This document shows positions 10,527 through 18,443 of a stretch of DNA of 64,000 bases, one piece after another (position 1 is the first letter of the stretch; the number at the start of each line of letters is the position of its first letter). The stretch is taken from positions 3,572-67,571 of IMG/VR virus record IMGVR_UViG_3300027021_000002. One strand, written 5' to 3'. The position numbers and the translations under genes were made by a program. The stretch is from a virus. The notes below the pieces were generated by a model. The model made no database searches, was not told the DNA's origin, and saw nothing but the letters and a program-made list of their open reading frames with translations.

Positions 10527-12287
10527 CTAAAAATGGGCCTTCTGTAAACTTGCTTTCCCAGAACCAACATGAACAAATTTCGACCAGTCGTATTCTTCTT
10601 TTCGTTTTTTATTTTCACGTTCTTTTAAGTAAATCCAATAGAGGCCATAAACGATAGCTGAAAATTTATCTTTTGGTATGGCGCGTGATATTTGTTTTAC
10701 GTCAGTCTTATTACCACTTTGTTTATATTCTAGATTCATAACTTCTTCGCAAAACAAATCTACGGCAAGATATGGACGAAGTTGTTCATTAAGCTTTTCA
10801 GAATCCATTCCGCGTCTTTTTAAAAGATCAACTTTTGCGTCAGAAGCGGTGCGTAACATTTTTAACTTTCCGCCATTAATATTCTGTACAAACACATTGT
10901 ACATAGCACTATTCTGATGTTCTTTACTATGCGCAACTATGTTATAAATCATAGGAATTGAATTTGGAACTTTGTATTTATCAAAACGGTCATCATTAAC
11001 AACTGAATATATTGGATTCTCGTCTATATCAAGAATTAATTCATCAACAAGACCACGACCAATACCGTTAGCATCTATGACAAGTATAGTCGCCTTATAC
11101 AATGCAACCATTTGTTTTATGAATAATGCTTGCTCACGAAAATGAGTACCTTCTATGCCATATAGATTAACTAATGACTTGCTATACTCCCCATTTCCTT
11201 TTGGAACAATTTTGATGACACCAAGAGCAGAGTTGGCGTTCAGAACACCTTCAGCACGAGCGACATCATAGCAAAGTACATATTCTGCATCTTTGCCACT
11301 TGCCCTCTCTTCCGCTTCCTTTAGTGTCCGGCATCGCTGCAACTTATCTAAGTCGATTAATGAGTTTTCGGAAGATCCGGTCCAAACCGATTCGTACTCA
11401 CGAGCGAACAAAAGAGGATTGTACGACTCGTCTTCCTGTTGCTCCATAACGTATTCAAGATCTAGCAATTCCACGTCGCAGGGTAGCTCATATCCAGCCC
11501 CAATAGCCAAAGCTGATTTGCCAGCAGCCATATCGTTATATACGTCTTTAAGTTTTGAAAATCCAAATGACTGACGTGTCCCAGCAGTAGTCATGTACAT
11601 TTCACGTTTATGTATTTCGTATGGGTCATATCCTCCACACATAGCAATTCGTCTATCAGCCATCAGAGGAATAATGACACTGTTGACCATATTTCCATCC
11701 GTGTGTTCGTCGGCTACCTCTTCGATGAGTCCGCCATGACGACGACCACCACGAGTAGCATCTTTCTGCTGTACAACATCCATACGAGATCCATTACGGA
11801 ACACAAGTCGAATATAGTCTTTTGGTTCCCGATAATCTGTTATCTCGTTTTTTAGAATGGGGAAGTGAGACCATATATCTTCGAGTTTTTCTTGCCCCAT
11901 TTTAGCTGCCTGTTCTTTGCCAGGGGCACAAATGAATAATTTAATTCCTGGATAAAAGATGCAAAGCAAATACATCGCTAATATACAAATATAAGTTTTT
12001 GATGTACCACGGGTAGCAACAATAAATACTCGGCGGAAACGGAATATGATTCGCAAAAATAAACGTTGATAAAAGAAAAGACGAATTTTACAACTATCGT
12101 CTCGAATAAAATCTAAAAAATAGTCAGGATAACTTCGCCACAAAGCACAATATTTGCGCCAAACGGGTTCCATCTCTTCGAAGTTTTTATACCGTTTATC
12201 CTGAAGCGTACCCCTTTGTTCTTTATACTCTCGGCGCAAATTATCTTTTTTAAGCTCTGGACGTACATAATTTTTATACGAGGCCAT
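10527..12287 (-). CDS. terL: Terminase large subunit
   Basis: Adenine-binding 'LFFYQ', Walker A 'ATRGTSKT', Walker B 'LIEEV', RNase H-like nuclease 'YDVAR...VIDANG...KDKFSA'. Start could be 12287 or 12302. Confidence 0.9.
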   Translation of the reverse strand: MASYKNYVRPELKKDNLRREYKEQRGTLQDKRYKNFEEMEPVWRKYCALWRSYPDYFLDFIRDDSCKIRLFFYQRLFLRIIFRFRRVFIVATRGTSKTYICILAMYLLCIFYPGIKLFICAPGKEQAAKMGQEKLEDIWSHFPILKNEITDYREPKDYIRLVFRNGSRMDVVQQKDATRGGRRHGGLIEEVADEHTDGNMVNSVIIPLMADRRIAMCGGYDPYEIHKREMYMTTAGTRQSFGFSKLKDVYNDMAAGKSALAIGAGYELPCDVELLDLEYVMEQQEDESYNPLLFAREYESVWTGSSENSLIDLDKLQRCRTLKEAEERASGKDAEYVLCYDVARAEGVLNANSALGVIKIVPKGNGEYSKSLVNLYGIEGTHFREQALFIKQMVALYKATILVIDANGIGRGLVDELILDIDENPIYSVVNDDRFDKYKVPNSIPMIYNIVAHSKEHQNSAMYNVFVQNINGGKLKMLRTASDAKVDLLKRRGMDSEKLNEQLRPYLAVDLFCEEVMNLEYKQSGNKTDVKQISRAIPKDKFSAIVYGLYWIYLKERENKKRKEEYDWSKFVHVGSGKASLQKAHF

Positions 12288-13158
12288 TTTCATCTTCCTC
12301 AACTTCTAAATCAACTGGAGAAGAAGTGACCGTTGGCTTATTCATGAGTTTTAATGTATAGTTAATAATGTGCATAATCGCACGATCAACAATGTCCTTA
12401 AATTCTTTAACTGGTTCTGGTTTAATATATCCGCGTTTTTCAACTTCGGCATAGATATCAGAGAAAGAACGGATACCTGCCGCATCGTTACTGCTTGTTT
12501 GATCCATAGGACGCAGTTTGCCAGCAGTCAACGCCTTGTCTAACGCAATACTCATTTTTTGAATTGCGCTCTCGTCACCAGTCATAATGATGCTCTTGTA
12601 CTTGAGCGTTAACATACAAATAATTTTCAGATTTTCTTGTTCTTGTGGAGTACTGATGTTATTAGCGTCGGAATATCGATTCCATAAATCCTCAAGCTGC
12701 GCATACTGGTCATCTGTATATTCTGGACCCCATTTAGCAATCATTTCGGGATCTCGTTGCTCTACAAAATTTGGATTAACACCAGTTGGTAATTGTATAT
12801 CTGTGTATAGTGGATCACTATCTCTAAAACTAAGACTACCCTCGATGCGAGATCCGTTTGAACTAAGAAATTTCATGTATGCGGCAAATGGATGTAGTTT
12901 ATCTGATTTTGTTAATTCGGTTTGCGCCTGTTTAAAATAGACTTCTTTAAACGCAAGACCAAGCTCACAACATGTGGCATGAATCGCAACGCGCATATCT
13001 TCGCAAGACTCGTAATAAAAATCATATATCCCCATCACACAATCTTTGCAAATAGGCATACGACCCTCACGACTGTATGGGCCATCATATTTATAAAAGC
13101 CTCGAACTTCATCGAGACTTTTGTGACAACGTAAACATTCCTGTTTGACTGGTGCCAT
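12274..13158 (-). CDS. Putative terminase small subunit (Cys-rich N-terminus)
   Basis: Overlaps the terL start; CxxC...CxxC zinc-finger-like N-terminus with helical C-terminus. Function from synteny. Confidence 0.5.
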   Translation of the reverse strand: MAPVKQECLRCHKSLDEVRGFYKYDGPYSREGRMPICKDCVMGIYDFYYESCEDMRVAIHATCCELGLAFKEVYFKQAQTELTKSDKLHPFAAYMKFLSSNGSRIEGSLSFRDSDPLYTDIQLPTGVNPNFVEQRDPEMIAKWGPEYTDDQYAQLEDLWNRYSDANNISTPQEQENLKIICMLTLKYKSIIMTGDESAIQKMSIALDKALTAGKLRPMDQTSSNDAAGIRSFSDIYAEVEKRGYIKPEPVKEFKDIVDRAIMHIINYTLKLMNKPTVTSSPVDLEVEEDENGLV

Positions 13159-13191
13159 TAAAACACCCCTTAAATTTCAATTGTAAATATG

Positions 13192-13267
13192 TGGATCTGG
13201 CGGCAAGAATCGAACTCGCAACGAACGGATTACAAAACCGTCATTCTGCCTATTGAATTACGCCAGA
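13192..13267 (-). tRNA. tRNA-Thr(UGU)
   Basis: 76-nt cloverleaf: acceptor TCTGGCG/CGCCAGA, anticodon loop TT-TGT-AA, T-loop TTCGATT, U73, encoded CCA; U31-U39 mismatch. Confidence 0.9.
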
Positions 13268-13275
13268 ACAAAATA

Positions 13276-13348
13276 GAACGCCCATATCTTATCGAATTGA
13301 GCGTCCGCAAACAGGTAGCCAAGTATCTTATCGAAATTCGGCTACCTG
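13276..13348 (-). promoter_or_regulatory. Tandem stem-loops sharing loop motif TTCGATAAGATA
   Basis: Stems CAGGTAGCC/GGCTACCTG and GGACGCTCA/TGGGCGTTC (G-U pairs on the minus strand) with an identical 12-nt loop core. Confidence 0.7.
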
Positions 13349-13358
13349 AAAATTAAAC

Positions 13359-14624
13359 TTAATCAGGAAGTACTACCTTACGCCGATAAGTAATACCTTT
13401 ACCTTCCTCGACGATGAATACTGTTTGCGAGGGTTTTGTATCTGCTTGCAGTCGCTTCAATGCTAATCGATTAGTTCCAACAATACTACCGTTGACGATA
13501 ATTCCACCAGCAGTAGTACCAACATCCTTTTCTTGATACTCATGCCAATGACCACTAACCATTGCATAAATCGGTTGTCCACGTTCTGCGAACATGTGTG
13601 CATATTTATAAAAACCATTCGACAAAGATGTCTTACGCATCCCTTCGCCATGAAGACATAGAAAATTAAAGCCAAGCACGTTGTGTACCGTCATAAAGCT
13701 TTCGGCAATATCATAATTGACAAGCCCACAAGAATCGTCACGATAATGATATAACTCCAACAACGTTTTTGCCCGGTCATACACAAGAAAATCAAAGTTG
13801 GCGTCTTCATGAGAATCATAGCCATCGAGTCCGTGATTGCCAGGAACCGCAACGACCTCTAACTCAGAAATGCCGCCCCGATATAAACCTTCCACAAAAC
13901 GAGCATGGGCTTCAGATGATGCGTAGATTTGATTGCGAATATGAGTTTCGAGATAATTACGCTGAGACTTATAGATCCTACCATTGCCCTCTACCGAATC
14001 CCCAAGTTCAAACACCACGGCATTATTAATTTTTAACTCATGTGCCATATTGATTATTTCTTGGGTTAGGAATTGATCTCTGCGTAAAAATGTATCCAGG
14101 TCATATCTATTAAAACCGGACGTATCCGAATCAGTGACCAGTTCCCCGACTTGCCCGTCAGAATGAAGGATGCACAGGGTGCGCCGGGGCTTTTTATCAA
14201 CAGGCTTGATAATGCTATACGGTGCTAGACGCGGTATGGGAGAGGTAGTTTCACACAAACATTGTGCAATGTATTTCGTGCGATTTAAACTACGCTTTTC
14301 TTGGTTAAGCTTTGCGCGTTCGTCTCTGACCGCCTGAGAAAGCATTTCAAGCTCTTGTTTTTGTTTGTTAATTTCTTCAAGCACGACACTATTACTAACG
14401 CCTTCGCGCTGACAATCTTCATGGCCCTCTACATATGCGTTCCACCATTTGCGATAAGTGCTTTCGTCACGTTTGCTCTCATCGGTTTCGGCATTCAGAA
14501 GAGAGGCTATTTGTTTCCAGGATAGTTCGTATATATCTTTATTGCGACATATACGAATTTTATATGCCTTAAACGTCTCAGACGGTTCTCGGTTATAATT
14601 AAATTTCATCTCAATGTTTACCAC
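13359..14624 (-). CDS. Calcineurin-like metallophosphoesterase with N-terminal HTH/coiled coil
   Basis: Motifs 'HSDGQ', 'LGDSVEG', 'PGNHG', 'LHGE', 'SGHWH'. Confidence 0.8.
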   Translation of the reverse strand: MVNIEMKFNYNREPSETFKAYKIRICRNKDIYELSWKQIASLLNAETDESKRDESTYRKWWNAYVEGHEDCQREGVSNSVVLEEINKQKQELEMLSQAVRDERAKLNQEKRSLNRTKYIAQCLCETTSPIPRLAPYSIIKPVDKKPRRTLCILHSDGQVGELVTDSDTSGFNRYDLDTFLRRDQFLTQEIINMAHELKINNAVVFELGDSVEGNGRIYKSQRNYLETHIRNQIYASSEAHARFVEGLYRGGISELEVVAVPGNHGLDGYDSHEDANFDFLVYDRAKTLLELYHYRDDSCGLVNYDIAESFMTVHNVLGFNFLCLHGEGMRKTSLSNGFYKYAHMFAERGQPIYAMVSGHWHEYQEKDVGTTAGGIIVNGSIVGTNRLALKRLQADTKPSQTVFIVEEGKGITYRRKVVLPD

Positions 14625-14630
14625 ATAGGA

Positions 14631-15854
14631 TTATGCGGTTTGTCTCCTCTCACACAACAAACTTTGTGACATCCGTATAACTTTAATTTTCTTATAACTA
14701 ACCGTTATCTTTTCGCCACTTAGTTTTCCAAGACTAAAATATCCATTATTTCTTCTTCCCAAAATAAAATATTTATTATTATTAAATAATACTTTATCAA
14801 ATAGCTTATATCCAAAAACATATTTAGTAGCTTTATTTGCCTTGCGATATCCACCTTTTAAAATAGTATCTTTATGAAGGCGTCTATTTTGATTACGTAT
14901 CTTTTTTATATAAAACCACACATTATTTGGTTTTACAGATACATTACCACCAATACACAGCGCATCAATACGATGTGATTTGGGTAAATTATGTTTTATT
15001 CTAACGGTTTTCGTAATATACCCATAAGTTAAGTTTACGTCTAAATATAGGTCTTTTAGCTTGTTATAAAATGCACGGCGCATGACCCCCATAAAAGCCG
15101 CATCACGAAACGATTTCCCGCGTTTTAAATTGAGTTTTAGTTCACCTCGATGATATGCTTTATGACACTCTTTACAAAGTGTAATAAGGTTATCAGGTGC
15201 GTTCCCACCAGTACTACAGCTTTCAATATGGTGCACGTTGAGAATATTGTTCTTACAACCCTTCTTACCATGGCATCTATGTCCATCACGCCACAAAACA
15301 TATTCTCGTACATTCCAAAACTCTAATTGATCACCTTGCTGATATTCTTCACCTTGTATATCTGGATTCTTAATTTTTTGAATATCAAAACTTGCTACTT
15401 CAACTATTATTTTTGACACAGGAAGTATTTTATGTATATCAGCAACCACTTTTAAATGAGTATTAATCTTGTGTTGTATAGACGGGGCAAACCAGCCTTT
15501 TTCTTTTTTCCTATTTAAAAATCTAGCTTGACGATATCTGGTTTTGCGACTTCTACGATTACGACGGTATGCTTTTCTTTGTGCTAAAAGCTTAACAATA
15601 TCATTCCTTAGCTCTACTTCAGCAGAAAATAGTTCTTCTTTTTCAGTAGTAGCAAATAGCCCAACTATCTTACTACCAGCATCCACACCTAAATTAATTT
15701 CTTGTTTCGTTTCGCCAGTCGCATATTGCAACTGAATTGTAAAAGGCTCCTTTTTAACTACTTTTGCCTTACCATCACGCAATAGCCTTCTTGCTTTTGC
15801 TGGCGTGGTAGGCATGAGTGGTTCGCCTCTTTGATTTAATACGTATACTCGCAA
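14631..15854 (-). CDS. iscB: IscB RNA-guided endonuclease (OMEGA system)
   Basis: N-terminal 'PLMPT' domain, RuvC-I 'GVDAG', Arg-rich bridge helix, RuvC-II 'IVEVASF', HNH 'VHHI...NLITLCKECH', RuvC-III 'HRIDALCI'; TTG start with RBS AAGGAG. Confidence 0.95.
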   Translation of the reverse strand: MRVYVLNQRGEPLMPTTPAKARRLLRDGKAKVVKKEPFTIQLQYATGETKQEINLGVDAGSKIVGLFATTEKEELFSAEVELRNDIVKLLAQRKAYRRNRRSRKTRYRQARFLNRKKEKGWFAPSIQHKINTHLKVVADIHKILPVSKIIVEVASFDIQKIKNPDIQGEEYQQGDQLEFWNVREYVLWRDGHRCHGKKGCKNNILNVHHIESCSTGGNAPDNLITLCKECHKAYHRGELKLNLKRGKSFRDAAFMGVMRRAFYNKLKDLYLDVNLTYGYITKTVRIKHNLPKSHRIDALCIGGNVSVKPNNVWFYIKKIRNQNRRLHKDTILKGGYRKANKATKYVFGYKLFDKVLFNNNKYFILGRRNNGYFSLGKLSGEKITVSYKKIKVIRMSQSLLCERRQTA

Positions 15855-15861
15855 GTTACGT

Positions 15862-16085
15862 TCTCCTTTGCAGAAGTTGGTTGTTCTTCGCCAATGTTAT
15901 CGTGTGGTTTTATATGATAGCAACACTGTTCCTACTCCTCAGAACTGTTTAATCACTATCCTTAGAGCTACAGACTAGAACGCGCATCCGTAGGTAACTA
16001 TATATTCACACATAACGTAGTCAGTTAAGACTTAGGCTAATCAGCTAAAAATAAATTTCACAAATTAATGTCGAGTAGCTAATCA
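15862..16085 (-). ncRNA. omegaRNA (HEARO-type) scaffold of IscB
   Basis: Minus strand carries the hallmark blocks GATTAGCCTAAGTC...GACTACGTT...TACCTACGGATG...CTAGTCTGTAGCTCTAAGG...GATTAAACAGTTCTGA...GGAACAGTG...AACATTGGCGAAG immediately upstream of iscB. Confidence 0.88.
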
Positions 16086-16327
16086 ATTAAATCCTCATCT
16101 GTTGTATCCTCAAAAAATGGATAACTATATTCACCCTTGCTTATTCCATATTGGTTAAGAGGAACGTTATGGTCATAATATTTTTTATTACTACGTCTAA
16201 TTTGCGCATCAGAACGATGTAATTCTTTATATATCATTTTTGCTTGTTTTACGCAAAGATCTATTGACCAATCCGGGTGTTCTAAGTGATACATTTCAGT
16301 AATTTCTTCAACTGTTTGATATGTCAT
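16079..16327 (-). CDS. Hypothetical protein
   Basis: 82 aa, RBS GAAGGGG; its 3' end abuts the omegaRNA. Confidence 0.6.
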   Translation of the reverse strand: MTYQTVEEITEMYHLEHPDWSIDLCVKQAKMIYKELHRSDAQIRRSNKKYYDHNVPLNQYGISKGEYSYPFFEDTTDEDLID

Positions 16328-16356
16328 TATTTATCCCTTCACTTATATACAGACGT

Positions 16357-16890
16357 TTATAAAGAATTTGTTCTCATTTTTTGCATTAAATATGCCGAAA
16401 AGATGTGACTATTCCTGATTTTAAGGATAATTTCTTTGATTTGTCTGTGAATATTTGATTTTACCGTATTTTTCTTTTTTGCAATTTGATCTAATGTCAT
16501 GTTATAAATAAAGTATGCGGACAATAAATATTTCTGATCATCATTACATATAGATTCAATTGCGCTGTGTAATGTTTGTCTAAAATCAACATCATAAATA
16601 ATTTCGTGAGGAGGTCTTATGCTAGGCGGTTTACCATCGGGAACAATACCTTCGAGATTGCGCCGATCTTCTATATATTTCCGATATCTGCGGATACGTC
16701 GCAATGTATACTTGCGCTGTTCGAGAGGAAGGTATGATTCTAATTCATAAATCACATCGTGCGTATCACGAATCATACTGTTAATAATTCTGACGGATCG
16801 GACATCGTTTTGGCCTTGATATTTTCTTTTTGCTTTAAAGAGACTGCTGAGTGTGCGGCGATATTGATTATATAATTCCAGGTTCGTCAT
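16357..16890 (-). CDS. Putative late transcription regulator with sigma-70 region 4-type HTH
   Basis: C-terminal 'MTLDQIAKKKNTVKSNIHRQIKEII' HTH; located at the head of the morphogenesis operon (ArpU/RinA-like position). Confidence 0.6.
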   Translation of the reverse strand: MTNLELYNQYRRTLSSLFKAKRKYQGQNDVRSVRIINSMIRDTHDVIYELESYLPLEQRKYTLRRIRRYRKYIEDRRNLEGIVPDGKPPSIRPPHEIIYDVDFRQTLHSAIESICNDDQKYLLSAYFIYNMTLDQIAKKKNTVKSNIHRQIKEIILKIRNSHIFSAYLMQKMRTNSL

Positions 16891-17200
16891 GAATGATTAC
16901 TTCCACCATTTCATCGATATAGTTTTTTAAAGCGTTAGTTAAATTAGCACCGTTGATATAGTAATATTCTTGATCGTCGTAGTATTTAACAAGAATAGTC
17001 CCGCTAGAATTAAATACTTCCTGTTTGTTTTGGTCAAGGACTTGAATTTGATATCGATCCCGACAATCAGAACGACTCCACAGCGCATCATCAAGATCAT
17101 GAATTTGCATTGGTCGGTGAAGCTTGAATGTTTTGAATAGTGCGTCGCAGTTTTGTGACAAGAGGCGATTAGTGTATTTCAGTTTTCCACTGAGGTGCAT
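16868..17200 (-). CDS. Hypothetical protein
   Basis: 110 aa, RBS GAAAGGA. Confidence 0.6.
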   Translation of the reverse strand: MHLSGKLKYTNRLLSQNCDALFKTFKLHRPMQIHDLDDALWSRSDCRDRYQIQVLDQNKQEVFNSSGTILVKYYDDQEYYYINGANLTNALKNYIDEMVEVIIHDEPGII

Positions 17201-17402
17201 GATAGTTATTTTCCTTTCAATTCATAGTAATCAAGTAGGGTTTAGCTGAGAGTAAAAAATTTATGTAGAAATTTTGACCATACCCCTCCAGTAAGGTAAA
17301 ACCCTTCGGAAAGTATTTTCGATCCTTTTCCCAATATTGTTTAGTTGGATTCTGAGCTTAGAATGGACGCTAGGCAGTTTTGGTGGGGGATGAGTGTCAA
17401 AA

Positions 17403-17924
17403 TCACGCCACCTCCTCTTCGGACTCTTCAAAAGCAATGTTGATAAAGTATTTATTTTGATTGTTTCGGATTATAATTACAAAACCAATTGACAGATCTG
17501 TTGGTAAGGTTGATTCGGGTATAAGGTTTACCCATTTTAATTTTGGTAATTTAATCTGTTTCTCATCAAGGCGAATACTGTTATTATTATTGATGGTTCG
17601 ATAATGCTGAATCGGATCTGCTTTTCTTTTCCGTTTGGGAAACCCGGTCTCTTTAGCAAAGAATTTGTCAAGATCTTTTCTGACATCCCACCAAACAGCA
17701 TTCAACGCTACGTTGTCCGCATCCTTTGTATTATCTAACAATGGTTTATAAACCGAATACGGATTAATAATACACTTACCAGAATTATTAAACTCTTTCT
17801 GTTCATCTTCCAACATTCGATTATAAACAAATCTTTTATAAGCTAGTGTTTGATTGATAATTCTCTTTTGATCTGTGTCGGGATATAAATTACACCGCAC
17901 AAATCGATATTGTTTCTTAGACAA
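17403..17924 (-). CDS. TnpB-derived protein consisting of the N-terminal HTH/REC/WED region only (no RuvC)
   Basis: Aligns by eye with the N-terminal half of the TnpB at 46614 ('RFVYNRMLE', 'GFPKRK', 'IRLDEKQIKLPKLKWV', 'KYFINI'); stops where RuvC-I would begin; intact RBS GGAGG plus TTG. Confidence 0.8.
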   Translation of the reverse strand: MSKKQYRFVRCNLYPDTDQKRIINQTLAYKRFVYNRMLEDEQKEFNNSGKCIINPYSVYKPLLDNTKDADNVALNAVWWDVRKDLDKFFAKETGFPKRKRKADPIQHYRTINNNNSIRLDEKQIKLPKLKWVNLIPESTLPTDLSIGFVIIIRNNQNKYFINIAFEESEEEVA

Positions 17925-17971
17925 AATAGTCCCTCCGAATTTTATACTATATATAACGTTTCTTTTCCCTC

Positions 17972-18330
17972 GTTAGTAGTAATACTCATTACATTCGTAT
18001 TACTACTAACTCGTAAACTTAGTATTCATTACATTCATACTAAGTTTAATTAAAGGTAACTACATATATATTATAATTTGCTATCACAAATTATGGGTTA
18101 ATGTCTCTCGACGAGACATTTGAAATCGTATTCTTCGAATACAATTTCGTTTAAAGATATTGGGAATGTGTTAAGAACGTGCGCTTCGCGCCTGTTACAA
18201 GAAAAAGTATATTGATATTGTTAAGGTTTGGTGATAGACATAAATGCTGCGGAATGAATTGGGTTAGTGAGGGGAATATCGTAATTGCTCGACGCAATTA
18301 CTCTTAAAAGCTTACTCCGTGCGCTTTTAA
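17972..18330. repeat. Array of at least 8 inverted repeats with shared loops
   Basis: 14-bp and 12-bp stems both with loop TCATTACATTC (17972-18010, 18014-18048); two 8-bp stems with loop TCGAC (18100-18120, 18281-18301); TTC-loop hairpins (18122-18148, 18181-18191); others at 18073-18094 and 18304-18330. Confidence 0.85.
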
Positions 18331-18357
18331 TTAATATAAGTCCCAACTCCTGATACC

Positions 18358-18386
18358 ACTATACCATAAAAATTTAATTTTGTCAA
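18358..18386 (-). promoter_or_regulatory. Leftward sigma-A promoter
   Basis: TTGACA-17-TATAGT with extended TG, on the minus strand. Confidence 0.8.
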
Positions 18387-18395
18387 GGATTTTTG

Positions 18396-18424
18396 TTGAC
18401 TTTTTATTTGGGATAGGATATACT
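18396..18424 (+). promoter_or_regulatory. Rightward sigma-A promoter of the recombinase gene
   Basis: TTGACT-17-TATACT, followed by RBS GGAGG and ATG 18444; back-to-back with the leftward promoter. Confidence 0.8.
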
Positions 18425-18443
18425 GAGACAGGAGGTAATAATA

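Noticed and set aside
5673-12302. Introns or inteins in capsid, portal or terminase genes
   Set aside because: ORFs are continuous and of expected length, with no intein splice motifs or embedded endonucleases.
77-13134. Plus-strand ORFs over the structural operon, and minus-strand ORFs over 20.5-64 kb
   Set aside because: Antisense shadows of well-supported genes, with no RBS or recognisable motifs.
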